This document shows, one piece after another, positions 48,450 through 62,496 of a DNA stretch of 64,000 nucleotides; position 1 is the stretch's first letter, and the number at the start of each line of letters is the position of its first letter. Location of the stretch: NCBI RefSeq assembly GCF_009914755.1, contig NC_060931.1; one strand, 5' to 3'. The notes beneath the pieces are model-generated. The model was not told where the DNA came from. It ran no database searches and saw nothing but the letters and a program-made list of their open reading frames with translations. Position numbers and translations under genes: made by a program. Origin of the DNA: the human T2T-CHM13v2.0 reference genome, Homo sapiens.

Positions 48450-51149
48450 CTGTAAAAAATGATAAAGAATATATGAAGACAATCATGTCCATTACAGCTT
48501 ATTATTACATGTTATTGACTAGGAAAAATGAATATAAATAGGAAGTATAATTTGATAGCTGGAACCCTCTGTCATATTTTAATTTTATATCTTTCTAAGA
48601 AAATCACTAAGTTCACATACTTTGCCAACTTCTTAGATTATTATAAATATGCATTTCACATATATGAAATTTATTAAAATAATACACAATATATCAATGC
48701 TATCACTCAATAATAGATATAAACAAAGGTATTGCCTGAGAGCTCCTTAAAGGACTGTGACCCTTTTGTTTCACTGCTTTCTTCACTCCCTCATCCAAAT
48801 GCCGGGCCCATAGTAGTTAATAAATATGTGTTCAATAATAAACGAGGAATATATTTCCTGCTTGTTATTAGGCTTGGTTTACCTTTCTGCTATATTGTTT
48901 GGAGCAGATTTCTTTTCCATAAACTGTAAGTTTCTCAAGAGAAGGGACTGCATCCATTTGCTTACCATTACGTGCCCAGAGCCTAGCATAGTATGTGGTG
49001 CATAAAAGCAGTCTTCTTCTGCAGTAATCAACGGAGACACTTTATTTAGTAATGACTGGGCCCTCCCGCAGGTCTAAACACACAGCCACCACAATTCCCA
49101 CTTGCACAATACCACTTGGAATGGGGAGGGGGATCACAATTAATTATAGATTAATGGTTTAGATTAATTGGTTTCTGAAACATTTTGCAGGGCAGGACAG
49201 GACTAGGATGGTGTATCCATACGGAGAAAGTACGCACAGATTAGTCCTTTTCTGGCAACTCCAGGAATTATAGAGAGAATAAAGCTCAGTGATTCTTCCC
49301 TGAATAGTAAGTAAAGCTTGAGTCAGAAAGGAGGCAAATATGGAGAAATGAAGAAAATGCATTTCAACACACAAAAAGAAAGAAGACAGCTCCTATGAAA
49401 TACTATGCACACTGAAATCAACTAACAATTCACATCAAAAGAAAATGATTCTTAAAAGGCCAAAATTTTAGGAGGGAAACTTATAATTTTGCTTCAGAGT
49501 GAGATTTAGATATAACTCCAATCCCCAAAATAAGTTATTGCTACTGTTGGGAATGTATATTTTAAAAACCTAAAGGAACACACCAATCTGTCAAAAATGA
49601 AAACATGCCAATAAGTAATGAGCTTTTAGAGAAGTCTCATGCCCTTTTATGATCTCAAAACAAAATTAACAGTAGAGGTCAAAACACAGGACAGAAAACA
49701 CAAGCCAAAGTCCATGAGACAGAACAAACTAACTATATGGATAGAAACCAATTCAGAACATTTAGCCAAGCACTAATTTATGATATCATTTTCTAACTAT
49801 AACCATGAATACCATTAGCCTCATAATGACGTGCAAGAAGCATTTTGCTGGCAAAACAATCAAGGGTCTATATATCTTGACAGATTACTTCATTTAACTT
49901 TCAGAGACCTCTTCTTACAAGGGATCAGCAACTGAACTGACAGTAGATTGACTGCAATTTAAAAGACTTCAAGCCAAACTTATACTCAGAATTGCCTTTC
50001 CAAACTCTGCACTACTGATGTTTCTCTTAGAAGTCTTGGTGCATGGACTTCCCAACACAGTTTTGTACACAGCTCCTACCACTCAGGAACACCCTTGTAC
50101 ACCCAGGGCTGCCTCCCGCACTTCTGGCTCTCCTCTCTTTTTCCTCATCACCTTCTTGAACACAGCAGTACTACTAATAGACTTCATTTCTTCACTTTCC
50201 TCAGCCCCTGCAATCCAGCCTTTGCTGTGTTTTGAAACTGCTTTACTAAGATCTCCAGTCCCCTCAATGTGGCCACACTCATTTTGCCTTCCAGGAATCT
50301 TCCCTTTCTTGAATCTTCTACTGCTTCTGTCACACTCGCCAGCCTTCTCCACACCTTCTTTCTTAGCCCTCCTCTTAAAGGTTGGTGTGATCCAAGTTTC
50401 ATTCTCCAGACACTCAAGTGTAGGAAAATAGCATCAAGCCTGGCATTTTGACACATGGATTTGAACCCCAATCTCATCACTTATTACCTGTGTGACCTCG
50501 GTCAGGATATCAACCTCTCAGAATCTCCACATCCTCACTGTAAATCATCACTGGGTGAGTGAACAAGGGTGTGGCTGGGTGTAAATAATCACTGGGTGAG
50601 TGAATGAGGGTATGGTTTAAGGGTGTGGCCATCACCATTAAATGCTCTGGTCTTCAACAGTCGGGTTCTTTTATTATTGAGAATACTATTTTAAGAGTGT
50701 GCTTAAAAATCTAAGAACCAAAAACTGCATTACATGGGAAAACTCATTCTTTCATAGGAGTTGTTTAAAACTGGGATGACAGCTTGTCTGAGCCATAACC
50801 ATGTATTATCTCATTTCTTATCCAAACGGTCTATGTGGGTGAATTCTGATTTGACTATTCAGCTACGTAATATGTAATAAACATTAAAGGTAAGCAAAGA
50901 AGTTCCCTAATCTCATTGGCCTTCAGATGGTTCCTCTATAAAACAAAGGAGCTAGACAAATGAACTGAAATTCCCCTGCCAGTCGCAAATTCTGAGTCTG
51001 CAAGAGGACTTTCAGCTCAGCAGTGACATGGCATAGTACTTACCAAAGAACTCTGCCTCCAAACCAGCCTTGTCTGTGTAATCACTGCCTGTGATCAAGT
51101 GGACACTTGTCTCCACCTGCAACAGCCATCTGATAATGCAGAAGAGACA

Positions 51150-51666
51150 GCCTGCTCTCAGCATCTCATGAGGCCCTTATCAACTGCTCTCCGACTTTTC
51201 TAGGCTCACACCCAACCCAACTCTCCACACACTGCCCTATGCTCAGCCACACACAAATTCTCATTAAGCTTTTTCTTGCAGACCTCAGTGCTTTTACATC
51301 TATTATTCTCTATTTAGGGGGTTGCCTTCTTCACTCCTACACTGGGAAATGCAAAGCAGCTTTAATTTAAGGCTTTGCTCCAAGGTTAGGACATTAGAAG
51401 ATTTCCTGATGTTACTCCTTCCTTTTTGTCATCCGTGGGTCCATGTGGAATACAATTACTCCCTCATCTGTGTTCTCAGGACACTCCGACCACACCTCAA
51501 ATATAGTAAGGCATCACATAATATTACAGCACTTCGTCTATCTGTGTCTTTCTACTTGGGAAGAGAAACTATTTCTCATTCATCTTTCAAGAGCCAGCAT
51601 GAACATCTGAGTATAAGAATGGAGTACAAATACATGGAATGAATGAATGAATGAATGAATGAATGA
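51150..51666 (+). mobile_element. L2 3' fragment ending in (GAAT)n
   Basis: Degenerate L2 3'UTR; (GAAT)7 tail at 51637-51666. Confidence 0.55.
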
Positions 51667-53029
51667 AGCCACTGAGGAATGGTGTCTAGGTTTTAATGGA
51701 TTCGGACAACCTCAGGGACTCTTCTCGTAACTAAAAGTATCTAAGGAATAAGTTTTAAACTGCGGATCATATTGGAGAGGAATATTTTTCAGGCTATAGT
51801 TCAAGGAATGACTTTGATCTTTATCTTCTAAAATGGCAAGTCACTCTCAATCACTGAGTTAGACAAGTAACTCCACCTTGCTGTGTACTAATGAATAGAT
51901 GGATGGATACTATACTCAGGAAAAATGTTTAGGCTTCAGGTTATGAAAGAGAAAGGCAGTTCTAGGTAAAGAGCGAAGAATTTGAAAATATGGTTGGCTC
52001 ATGTTTCTCAGTGGTAGCATATAATGTATCATAAACTAAGGAAAACCAGTTTAGCAAAGCAGATACCCATACACCACGTATGCATTAATGAAGCTTCAAT
52101 ATGCAATTCTGTCAAATGCACTTAAAGTATCTGTTATTTTCAAATTCTATTTGGAAACAACTTTTCAACTAAATCCCTTTAAATTTCTCCAAGTGTTTCT
52201 GCATGAAATACATCTATAATTGAAAATGCATTGTCACCAGTTATTATAAAGTAGCTATCTCTTTATACAAAAGTTTATTCATGTACACTTCCCAGGGGCA
52301 TTTTCCCCCAAATAATATCACGGTTTACCAAAGATGCCTATACAGTGTTTTGATCCCTCCATTTCCTTTTCTTGTTTTTCTTATAAATTGAACAGTTTCT
52401 TATAAATTGATCCTTAGTAGCTACAGGAAACAATCACAGAAAATGAACCTTTGGTAAAGCTGGGAATATAAATATTCGGTTCTATTATTTTAGTCATACG
52501 GGCCCTGAGAGCACAATTTTAAACTGCGTATAAAAACTACTGCTGTGGTGATGTGTTCATCTCTGCCCATTTGCTACTATGGAAAAATTTACTTGGATTA
52601 ATAAACCCAGTTTATATGTATATAAACCCAGTTTACAGGAAAGTCCTTAAAAAATATCTGTCAGCTGAAAACACTAAATTCATAGCATAACCATTTTGAA
52701 AAAGATGTCCTAACCAACTGCCTGTTATTACTAACAGTATCATTCCTTTATATAATGATATCAGTTTAGTACGTATTGACAGTTTATTAAGAATTAAATA
52801 GCCGTGAGAAACAGTCTCAAACACAACTCCTAATTTTCTATGAGGAAGATAAAAAGAAGGTAAATGATGCAGTGAAATGGGGACTCATTCCTTGGTTTCA
52901 ATGATGCTATTTGCTCATGCCAAGAACCAATGGACATTTTAAAACTTTTAAACTGAATACAAAGAAACTCAATCACAACAGTCCATGACTTTTAAAATTT
53001 TAAATCAAAACAAAGTATTAAGAATTATT

Positions 53030-53348
<319 letters not shown>

Positions 53349-54125
53349 TCACATAGCTGTAAGCCACAGACAATAACATATTCTTCCTCATCATTGTCAA
53401 AATAATATTCAAAATGATTCTACTTGGCACAGGTCAATTCCAGCCCAGCACATGCTGCCCTTGCCCTTTACAGGCTGACCATCTAAGAGGAATGGAACAT
53501 AATGCAGGAAAGAAATCATTAAAATGCTTTGTCTTTTGTGATACAAAGGAAGGAAAACTTCTCTCTTCAGGCCAGATTTTGGCTTCATCTTTCTGCTAAA
53601 AGGATCTCCAACTCATGAACAGGTTGTGGTTTAAAAGGTCACTTATGAGTCAACTGCTTACAACACAGAACACACAAAGCTACTCTTCTCAAGTTCTGAG
53701 GCTAGCCCACAGAATCCTATTTCATGGCAAAAGGAAACTGTTGTTTTTCACAGCAAAAATAAGCTGACTGCACCAGAATTAAATATAAAATTTTATATCA
53801 GTGCTTGTAAAATATTGAACACTGGTCTGAAAACATAGCAGTGTCCATCAGAAGGCAGTGATGGAGCAGGCATCGGTGTTGTAGACATTCTAAAGGAATT
53901 CTTAGACCTCTGAGGTCTTCAGACTGGTTCCTTCCTACATCCATGTTCATTTCACATTCGGCTCTGGCGTGTCATGGAAGTATCCATTAAGGTTTATCAA
54001 CATTTATGAGGATTATTTGGGGGGATCACAAATGGAAAAGAGATAAAGGGGTAGAATTTCTGAAGAACCTCGATAAGATTTGGAAAAAACAGAGAAAAAG
54101 GAAAGGGATTAAGGAGAACTAAATT

Positions 54126-54434
54126 CTTTTTTTTAAAATTGTTTTCATTTCTTTGAGACAGCGTCTCACCGTCGCCCAGGCTGGAGTGCAGTGGCATGAA
54201 CTCAGCTCACTGAAACCTCCACTTCCCAGGCTCAAGCCATCCTCCCACCTCAGCCTCCTCAGTAGCTCGGACTGAAAGCGTTCGCCACCACACCTGGCTA
54301 ATGTTTGTATATTTTGTAGAGATGGGGTTTCGCCATATTGCTCAGGCTGGTCTCAAACTCCTGAGCTCAAGCAACTTGCTGGCCTTGGCCTCCCAAAGTG
54401 CTGGGATTACAGGTGTGAGCCACCATGCCTGGCC
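54126..54434 (-). mobile_element. AluJ
   Basis: Reverse Alu; TSD AAGGAGAACTAAATT at 54111-54125 and 54435-54449. Confidence 0.92.
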
Positions 54435-55260
54435 AAGGAGAACTAAATTTTTCTCAGGTACTTTAGTTCATGAAATGGAGAACTATGATGGAAAAGGAAA
54501 AGGGGTCACCTCTTCTACATATGTACAAAACCCCACTGTAGGGAAAGATAAAATATGGTGGAAAAAAACACATCAGTAGTCTATTTCAAGGTACTTCCCT
54601 GTTTTCTAGCTGTCTGGGACAGGGCTGGAGGAAAGACAGAAGTCATTTGGAGATTTCTTTTGGTACTGTCATTTTGAAAGTATAGCATAGAACTGTTTTT
54701 CTTCTTTATTCCCTTCAGTTTTTTCCCTCCAAAAGATGAAGTTAGGAGCAAGCTGGTTATTCCTTACCGCTGGGAACTCCCAGGTGGCTATGTGTGTCAC
54801 AGTAGGACTACGTGGAGATGAAGTGGTATCTCCTGGATACTGCTCTATGGTTCAAATGAACTCACTGGGAAGAATAGAGAAATGCTGTGTTCCATCTTCT
54901 GATCCTCAGACCTGCCACATGTTTGGGATCTGCCTTCATCTGGTAATAGGCTGTGCCCACAGGCCTCACACACCTTGCAGGCTCACCTAAGAGGCACAAA
55001 TATATGCACACTCAAAAGCAGGACTGCATTCTTATGCCAGTTATCACGGTCAGCCTTTGAGACATGTCACGCAACTCTCTTCTGGCCTATGTGACTTTGA
55101 AAAATCAGAAGCATATTGAATGAAAGGTACGTAATTGTTTCTGACGTATTAAAAGGTACCACCTGAAAATATATTGCTGCCTTTGACTGTTAAGAGGATA
55201 GCTCTCCCAGGGATTGCAGAATGTCATCCTCCTTGAACCACAAGGCCAAGGCAAAGCATG

Positions 55261-55669
55261 GTGGTAGGTACTGTGATGCCCCTCCCAGATCCTTCTTTGG
55301 AAATCAATGACTCTCCCTGTGGCTGGGAGTGCTGGGGTAGATAGTCCTCGAACCCTAGCACCCTTCTGGGATGGCTTCAGCTGAAGAGAGCTGCTTTGCT
55401 CAAGGCTGGGGCTGCTTCCCAGGGTGGCTTACATCCAGTGAAGGCTGGGCCTTGGCACTACAACTTGGTATAACTCTGCAGGGCCATTCCCACTTAACTG
55501 ACCAAGATTGTCACTAGGCCTGCATCACAGATCAACTTCGCCCTCTGGCAAGTTCTGCTTCCTTCCTCGTCACTGCACTGGGGTGAATCCCGAGAGGACT
55601 TCCTGCTAAATACCCTGCAAGCCAATCTCCATCTCAGGGTCTGCTTCCTGAGGGGCTCAGCCTCTTACA
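55261..55669 (+). mobile_element. LTR16-family (ERVL) solo LTR
   Basis: cccagatcc, cagctgaagagagctgc, aatctccatctcagggtctgcttcc motifs. Confidence 0.7.
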
Positions 55670-57976
55670 AGCTTTCAAGCACTCCCCATTCAGAATTTAC
55701 TTCTGGCCCAATTTGTTTAAAGTCCTCTTTCTAAGGGAGAAGAAAAAATAACATGATTGCATTACTATTTTATCTTAAGGATTTTGCTAAGTTTTTCATG
55801 TGTTAGTTCTAACCTTCTATGACACAGACATTTCAATACTCATTTTAGAGATAGAGAAACAGAAAAAAAAAGAGGCAAACAAGGAAGAGAATTAACAACA
55901 TCAGGAGGGAATTTTTCCACATTCAGATTTGAAGACATTGTCACGGTGGCAATAAATGAACCCGTTTTATTCTCCAAAGGGTCATAAACAGGCTCTTCAC
56001 CTTGGATTTCATGTCACAAATGCTAAGGTCCTTTCCTAAGTGGCTACAAGAAGAACTGAAGGTCAAAAAAAAAACAAAAAAAAAACCTTTAAGTTTAAGC
56101 TGATTATTGCATCCACCTATCCATACTTCTAAAAACAATGTAATATGATTAAAAGGTTAAGATTTTGGCAACAGCCAGTCAAAAGGAGCATCCTAGATGA
56201 GATGAGAGAAAGCCCAATTATTTCAAAAGCCTCCTAGCACTTAGGAAAGGGTAACAATGTGAATTAGATGGAGGCTTGGGATTTAGCTCCACCAATTATG
56301 AACCATGTGGTCCTTGGTCCTTTCATTTGCTAGCCCACGATGACACCCCCTGCCTGGCCTACCTCACAGGATGTCACAAGGATCAAACAAATATATGAGA
56401 ATTTGATGTGTAAGTAAATATGAAATAATAGAATTTTTTCATCATAATTGTTAACTGGAAATTTGGAAGCTAGATCTGAATCTGCTATAGATTCAAAAGC
56501 CAAAATAAGCCTTCCATTTATAATAGTAAATAAAAAACCCTTTCTCTATTCTGTTATTACAGTTTCTTGGAAATCGTTATTAAGTTAAACTTAGACAGAC
56601 GCAGGCTTAAGAACCTCAAGAGGAAAAAAAGCTGATAATACTGCTTTTTCTGATAAGGCAGCAAAAAAAAAAAAAATCTTTGGCAATGAGACTGATAAGG
56701 AAAGTAACGGGGTTAAGAGGGATTTTCCAAAAATGCTAAGGCAGAGTTAGGAAGGGAGGCAGATGCAACTTTTACCATTCATTCTGCACAACAGTATTAT
56801 TTGTGCAAGGGACGATAGACAGCACGAGGCAGGAAAAAATTACAATACAGTCTTCATGTCCCAGTGGAGAATGAAGTTACAGAAGGCAACTGCTTTTCCC
56901 ACAATCCAAATGAAAAACTGTTTTAATAAAATATCATTTTCCAACCAATTGTACTTAATCCACCACCAATATTTGGAAAAAATAAATGAAAAAAAACCTC
57001 CTTTTTCCAATGAGAGATGGTTAATATTCAAATAATATTATTTAAGATTAAGAACTAAGATTATTTAAGATACAGGATTAAGTTTGCTGACTTTTTGTTA
57101 CTTTTAGTTTTTTTTTATAAGAGAAAAGAAATGTTATATCCCTCTGTTCCTTTTTTTTTCTGATTTCTCTCTTTGAATACTAAATACTCAAAGTCACAAA
57201 ACATATAACACAGTAGAATTGAAGTGGGACATGCAAATATCACTGCCACCTCCACCTCGCAACCGGAGGGACTCAGCAGGCCAGCCCAGTATCATGAAAG
57301 TCACGAAAAAAAGTTAGCAAATATCACAAAAGTGAATTGGAAGACAGAGACCCAGCCTCCACACACACCACTTTAAAATGCCCAGCTTATTTTTGCAGCC
57401 TCTTCTATAACGTTCTCTCCAGCATAATATTCGGTCCTGTATCAGCTCCAATCACTCATCTTCCTCATACAACTAAGCATTTATTTTTCTGATTTTTTCT
57501 TCTTAGGTATTCTTTTTTCCAATGTGGATTTTGACTCCCATTCCCAGTGCTGACTTCTTAAGAGGTCTGCTAGATTATTACCTACAAATTGCCTTACAGT
57601 CAGAAGAAGTCAAAGTCTAAATTCTTACAATTACTCCCCCTTTTGCTCTGATGACTAAGCCAATTTCCAATTTTGAACAAATACCAATTTTTACCGGCTC
57701 TGGCCATTGACACCTAGTCAAAAACTATTTCTCAAGGAGATAGGGGAGCCAGTGAACAGTTCAACGGAGAAATAGAGGAACAAAGTCCAAAGTTCTTTCA
57801 AAATCTAGCTCCTGCATAGTTTTCCAATCTCACCCTTTACAACTCCCCACTCAACAGTCCCACTGAACCTCTCTTATCTATGCCTTTCCCATTGCTTTTC
57901 CCTCCACTTGACATGTGGGCCTCTTACTCCTGTCCCCTTAACAGGTCTTCTTCAAAACAACGCAAGCATCCTCCTC

Positions 57977-58086
57977 GGTCACACGTGTCCATGTGAAGAG
58001 ACCAGCAAACAGGTTTTGTATGAGCAATAAAGCTTTTGCAAGTCACAGGGGTTACAACTGCTGAGCTTCGGCTCAGAGGCCTGACA
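57977..58086 (-). mobile_element. Internally deleted LTR7 (HERV-H) solo LTR, 110 bp
   Basis: Minus strand TGTCAGGCCTCTGAGCC... joined to AAAAGCTTTATTGCTCA...GGTCTCTTCACATGGAC; 5-bp TSD TCCTC on both sides. Confidence 0.85.
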
Positions 58087-58210
58087 TCCTCAAGGAAGGC
58101 TTAGTCTGTACCCTAACTCCACTGCACCAATCCCCTTTAAGTCCCTCCATCCTCAAGGAAGGCTTAGCCTGTACCCTAACTCCACCACACCAATCCCATT
58201 TACGTCCCTC
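58085..58210. repeat. 63-bp tandem duplication (2 copies)
   Basis: catcctcaaggaaggcttag... starts at 58085 and at 58148. Confidence 0.9.
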
Positions 58211-59033
58211 CAACACTGATTATACTCACTCACCACCTCTACTTCTGCGGCTCCTTTATGTTCCCAATACCCGGCACAATGCATGACACCTAGTGGGTAC
58301 TCAACAAGTGTCAGTTAAATATATAATGGGATGAAATCACCAAGGTGTGCAGTTGACTTATTTATTAAATTAATATTTAATGGTTACTCTCCATGTGCCA
58401 GTATTGTGCTAGGCACTGGGAATACAATGGTGAAGATAACACTTTGCACTGGTGTTGAGTTATTAAGTCATGAGAAAGAAGTTTCCTACGTTTTCTGTTT
58501 GCTACAAAACACAGTTCAGAATGTGTAGATGGACAACTCTTCAGGTGCTTGGATTTTGTCACTTGGTCATTCAATTAGCACTTCTTTTATGCGCATTTAA
58601 TCCATTTTATTAGTTTTTATCAAATTTATCAATTTCTACCATCGGTAGGAATTTTGTTACCTCAATAAGACTAAACACATCTTTAAGGAAGGGACTAGTA
58701 TTCCAACCAGCAGAGCACCTAGAAATGAGGATCTCTTAATTGTTCAGCAAATACCACAAAAGCGAACTGGAAGATAGGGACCCAGCCCCAACACACACCA
58801 TCTTAAAGTGCTGATGTACTCTCCTACCAAAAAGCATTCTCAAAACCATGACTCACATGTGCTGAGGTCTGCTTTCAGGCTAGTTCTCCTTCTACACCTC
58901 ACAGAGTTCTACACCTCTGTGTTTTATATTGCCAGAGATTTTTAAATGTACACAGCAAACAGATACACTTATAGTTAGTTCTATTATTCTTATGTGGAAA
59001 AAAATTAAGCCCACTGCCTTTTTTTAACTTTTA

Positions 59034-59897
<864 letters not shown>

Positions 59898-60030
59898 GAA
59901 GGAAAGAAAAGAAGAAAGTAACACAAATAGTATAAAGATATATTCTTAAATAAGCTTCAGCAAATGTGAAGCTCTTAAATAAATATAGTACATTTACCAA
60001 AACCAGGAAGTTAATGTTGAAAAAATATAC

Positions 60031-60397
60031 TGTCTTAGTCCATTTTGTGCTGCTGTAACAGAATATCACAGGCTGGGTAATTTATAAAGAAATTTAATTC
60101 TCACAGTTCTGGAAGCTAGCAAGTCCAAGATCAAGGTACTGGCATTGTGCTAAGAGCCTTTCTGCTTTGTCTTCACATGGTGGAAGGACGAAGAACATGA
60201 GTGTAAACTACCCAAACACAGCCTGAAGCCTCTTTGAATAGGGCCTTAATCCCATTAACAAGGGAGGAGTCCCCATGGTCCAATCATTTCTTAAGGTCCC
60301 ACCTCTTAATACTGTCTTTTTGGCAACACCTGAGTTTTTAAAAGGATTACATTTCAACATAAGTTTTGGAGGGGACAAAAACATTTAAACCATAACT
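60031..60397 (-). mobile_element. MST/MLT1A-type MaLR solo LTR
   Basis: tgtcttagtccattttgtgctgctgtaacagaata...aaaccataac; 5-bp TSD TATAC at 60026-60030 and 60398-60402. Confidence 0.82.
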
Positions 60398-60402
60398 TAT
60401 AC

Positions 60403-60900
60403 TATTAACTATTCTCCAGTTCATATGCAAATTTCACCACTTGTCCAACTAATGTCATCTTTGTCCTGTCCAGGATTGCACATTTAGTTGTTACATTTTC
60501 TTAGTCTCTTCCCATATTGGACTGTTTCTCAGTATTTGTCTTTCATGACTTTGGCTACTTTTAAGGATATTGGCCATTTATTTTGCAGAGTATCTCTAAA
60601 TTTTGGGTTGTTTCCTCACAATTAAATGTAGAATATGCATTTTTGGCATGAATATCACAGAAGTGATGGTGTGCCCTGCTTGGTGTATCTCATCAGGAGG
60701 TACATGATGGTGATAGGTTTTATTACTGGTGATATTAACTTTGATCACTTGGTTAAGTGTCCCAGGTTTCTCCACTGTACAGTTACTATTTTTGCCTTTG
60801 TAAGTAACAAGTATCTTAAGGGAAGATACTTTCAGACTATGCAAATATACTGTTTTTCATCATATCTCATAACATCCATTGATAATTTTTGCCTTGCAAC
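60403..60900 (-). mobile_element. Old L1M (L1MC/MD-like) 3' fragment, host of the nested elements upstream
   Basis: tactggtgatattaactttgatcacttggttaag, tttctccactgta..gttactattttt motifs. Confidence 0.7.
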
Positions 60901-62270
60901 CTTAGCCATTTCTAATCATGATGTTTGTCACAGGGTTATTCAGACACAGCTGGATTATTTCAATTGCAATCAAAACCTGTAATGGGTTCTTTTTGAAGTG
61001 GATACAATATACTTAGTTTAGTCTTGATTTCTTTAACATAAAGTACAAAATTAATACTACTACCATAGGCATCCTTGAAACGACTACTCAGTATATCAGG
61101 TGAAATTTCAAGTGTTTCAGAAAATGAAAAACATTTCATTTATTTCAGAAAATGGAAACAAATTAACGTTTTTGTCCAATTTTCATACACGGCATGATCT
61201 CTTTAGATATTACTTCCTTAACCAAATAATTTGTATATGGGTGTTTGGTTAAAAGATTGCTTTTGAGCGATTTCAGCCAACATTTTCAAGGAAAATTCGA
61301 TGGGTCCTACGATTAACTGTAATCATCTTCAGGTTTGAATCAAACTCTCTAGCTTCACTGCAATTATCACTGACTTATAAAGGAATCTAGATAAAATTAT
61401 ATATATTTGTTTCATTTTCTGGCAGGAATCTAGACTTCCTAATTATTTTGTATAATAACACTTATTTTTAACTAAGGTCTTAGGACTTACTGATATTCAC
61501 AGAAGCTATCACAAGTTATTAATTCTGTGGCATACTGTATGTATGGCTTAACTGATTTTAACTATTAAAATCTTACTTAAAATAAGACACTGGCTTCAAA
61601 CTACAGTGAGCATCTTACAAAGGATTTACATTTTGGAAATGTTATAAAGTTGGCTAGTTGGAATCAGTAACTAAATTCTGAAGCTACCTCATAATAGCCT
61701 ACTTAATCGATTAAACAACTGAAATAATAATTACACATGTAATGAAAACTGGGTGATGGGAGGGATTTATACATAGCAGAGGCAATATAGTATGGGAGAG
61801 GTAGAGAGGTCTTGGCAAATGTGGAGACACAATGAACATGAGCTGACTCTTCCTCAGTACTGTGTTTCTCCACCTGACCTAGAAAACCTTGATTCCTGAA
61901 AAGCCTCACCCTAACTTTGCCACAACCTGGCGATCCATCCATACTGTTCACAGCCCTCAGGAGAGACTGGATAATTATGAACACACCTTGCTTTCTTCCA
62001 TCATTTCCCTTTTCCCCAAGGGAACATAGCTGCACTGAGAACACCAATCTCTCAACCACACCCTATCCCAACCCCTGTGGAAAATATAGTAGCTACCTCA
62101 CCAATGGGAGTTGAGGGAATGAAGACTCATGTCTTCTGGGATCTGGGTCAAGCCCAGGTCAGCCATTCTTCAGACTTGCACAGTACTGGGACTAGAAAGG
62201 CCTTATAGGAACACTCACATCATTCTACATATGGTACTTGTAAACCTGGCATTCATGGTTCTTCCTAAAA

Positions 62271-62460
62271 GAGGCAGGTGGATCACGAGGTCAGGAGAGC
62301 GAGACCATCCTGGCTAACACGGTGAAACCCCGTCTCTACTAAAAAAAATACAAAAAATTAGCCGGGCATGGTGGCGGGCACCTGTAGTCCCAGCTACTCA
62401 GGAGGCTGAGGCAGGAGAATGGTGTGAACCCAGCCTGGGCAACAGAGCAAGACTCCAGCT

Positions 62461-62495
<35 letters not shown>
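62271..62495 (+). mobile_element. AluY, 5'-truncated with an internal right-arm deletion and A34 tail
   Basis: Y diagnostics; gaaccc joins directly to agcctggg. Confidence 0.88.

Positions 62496-62496
<1 letters not shown>

Noticed and set aside
50018-50480. 137-aa ORF and overlapping ORFs
   Set aside because: Lie in pyrimidine-rich, degenerate L2-like sequence with no domain signal.
50539-50620. 41-bp two-copy tandem repeat (plus short duplications near 6358, 52377 and 52601)
   Set aside because: Ordinary slippage duplications; not an array with spacers.
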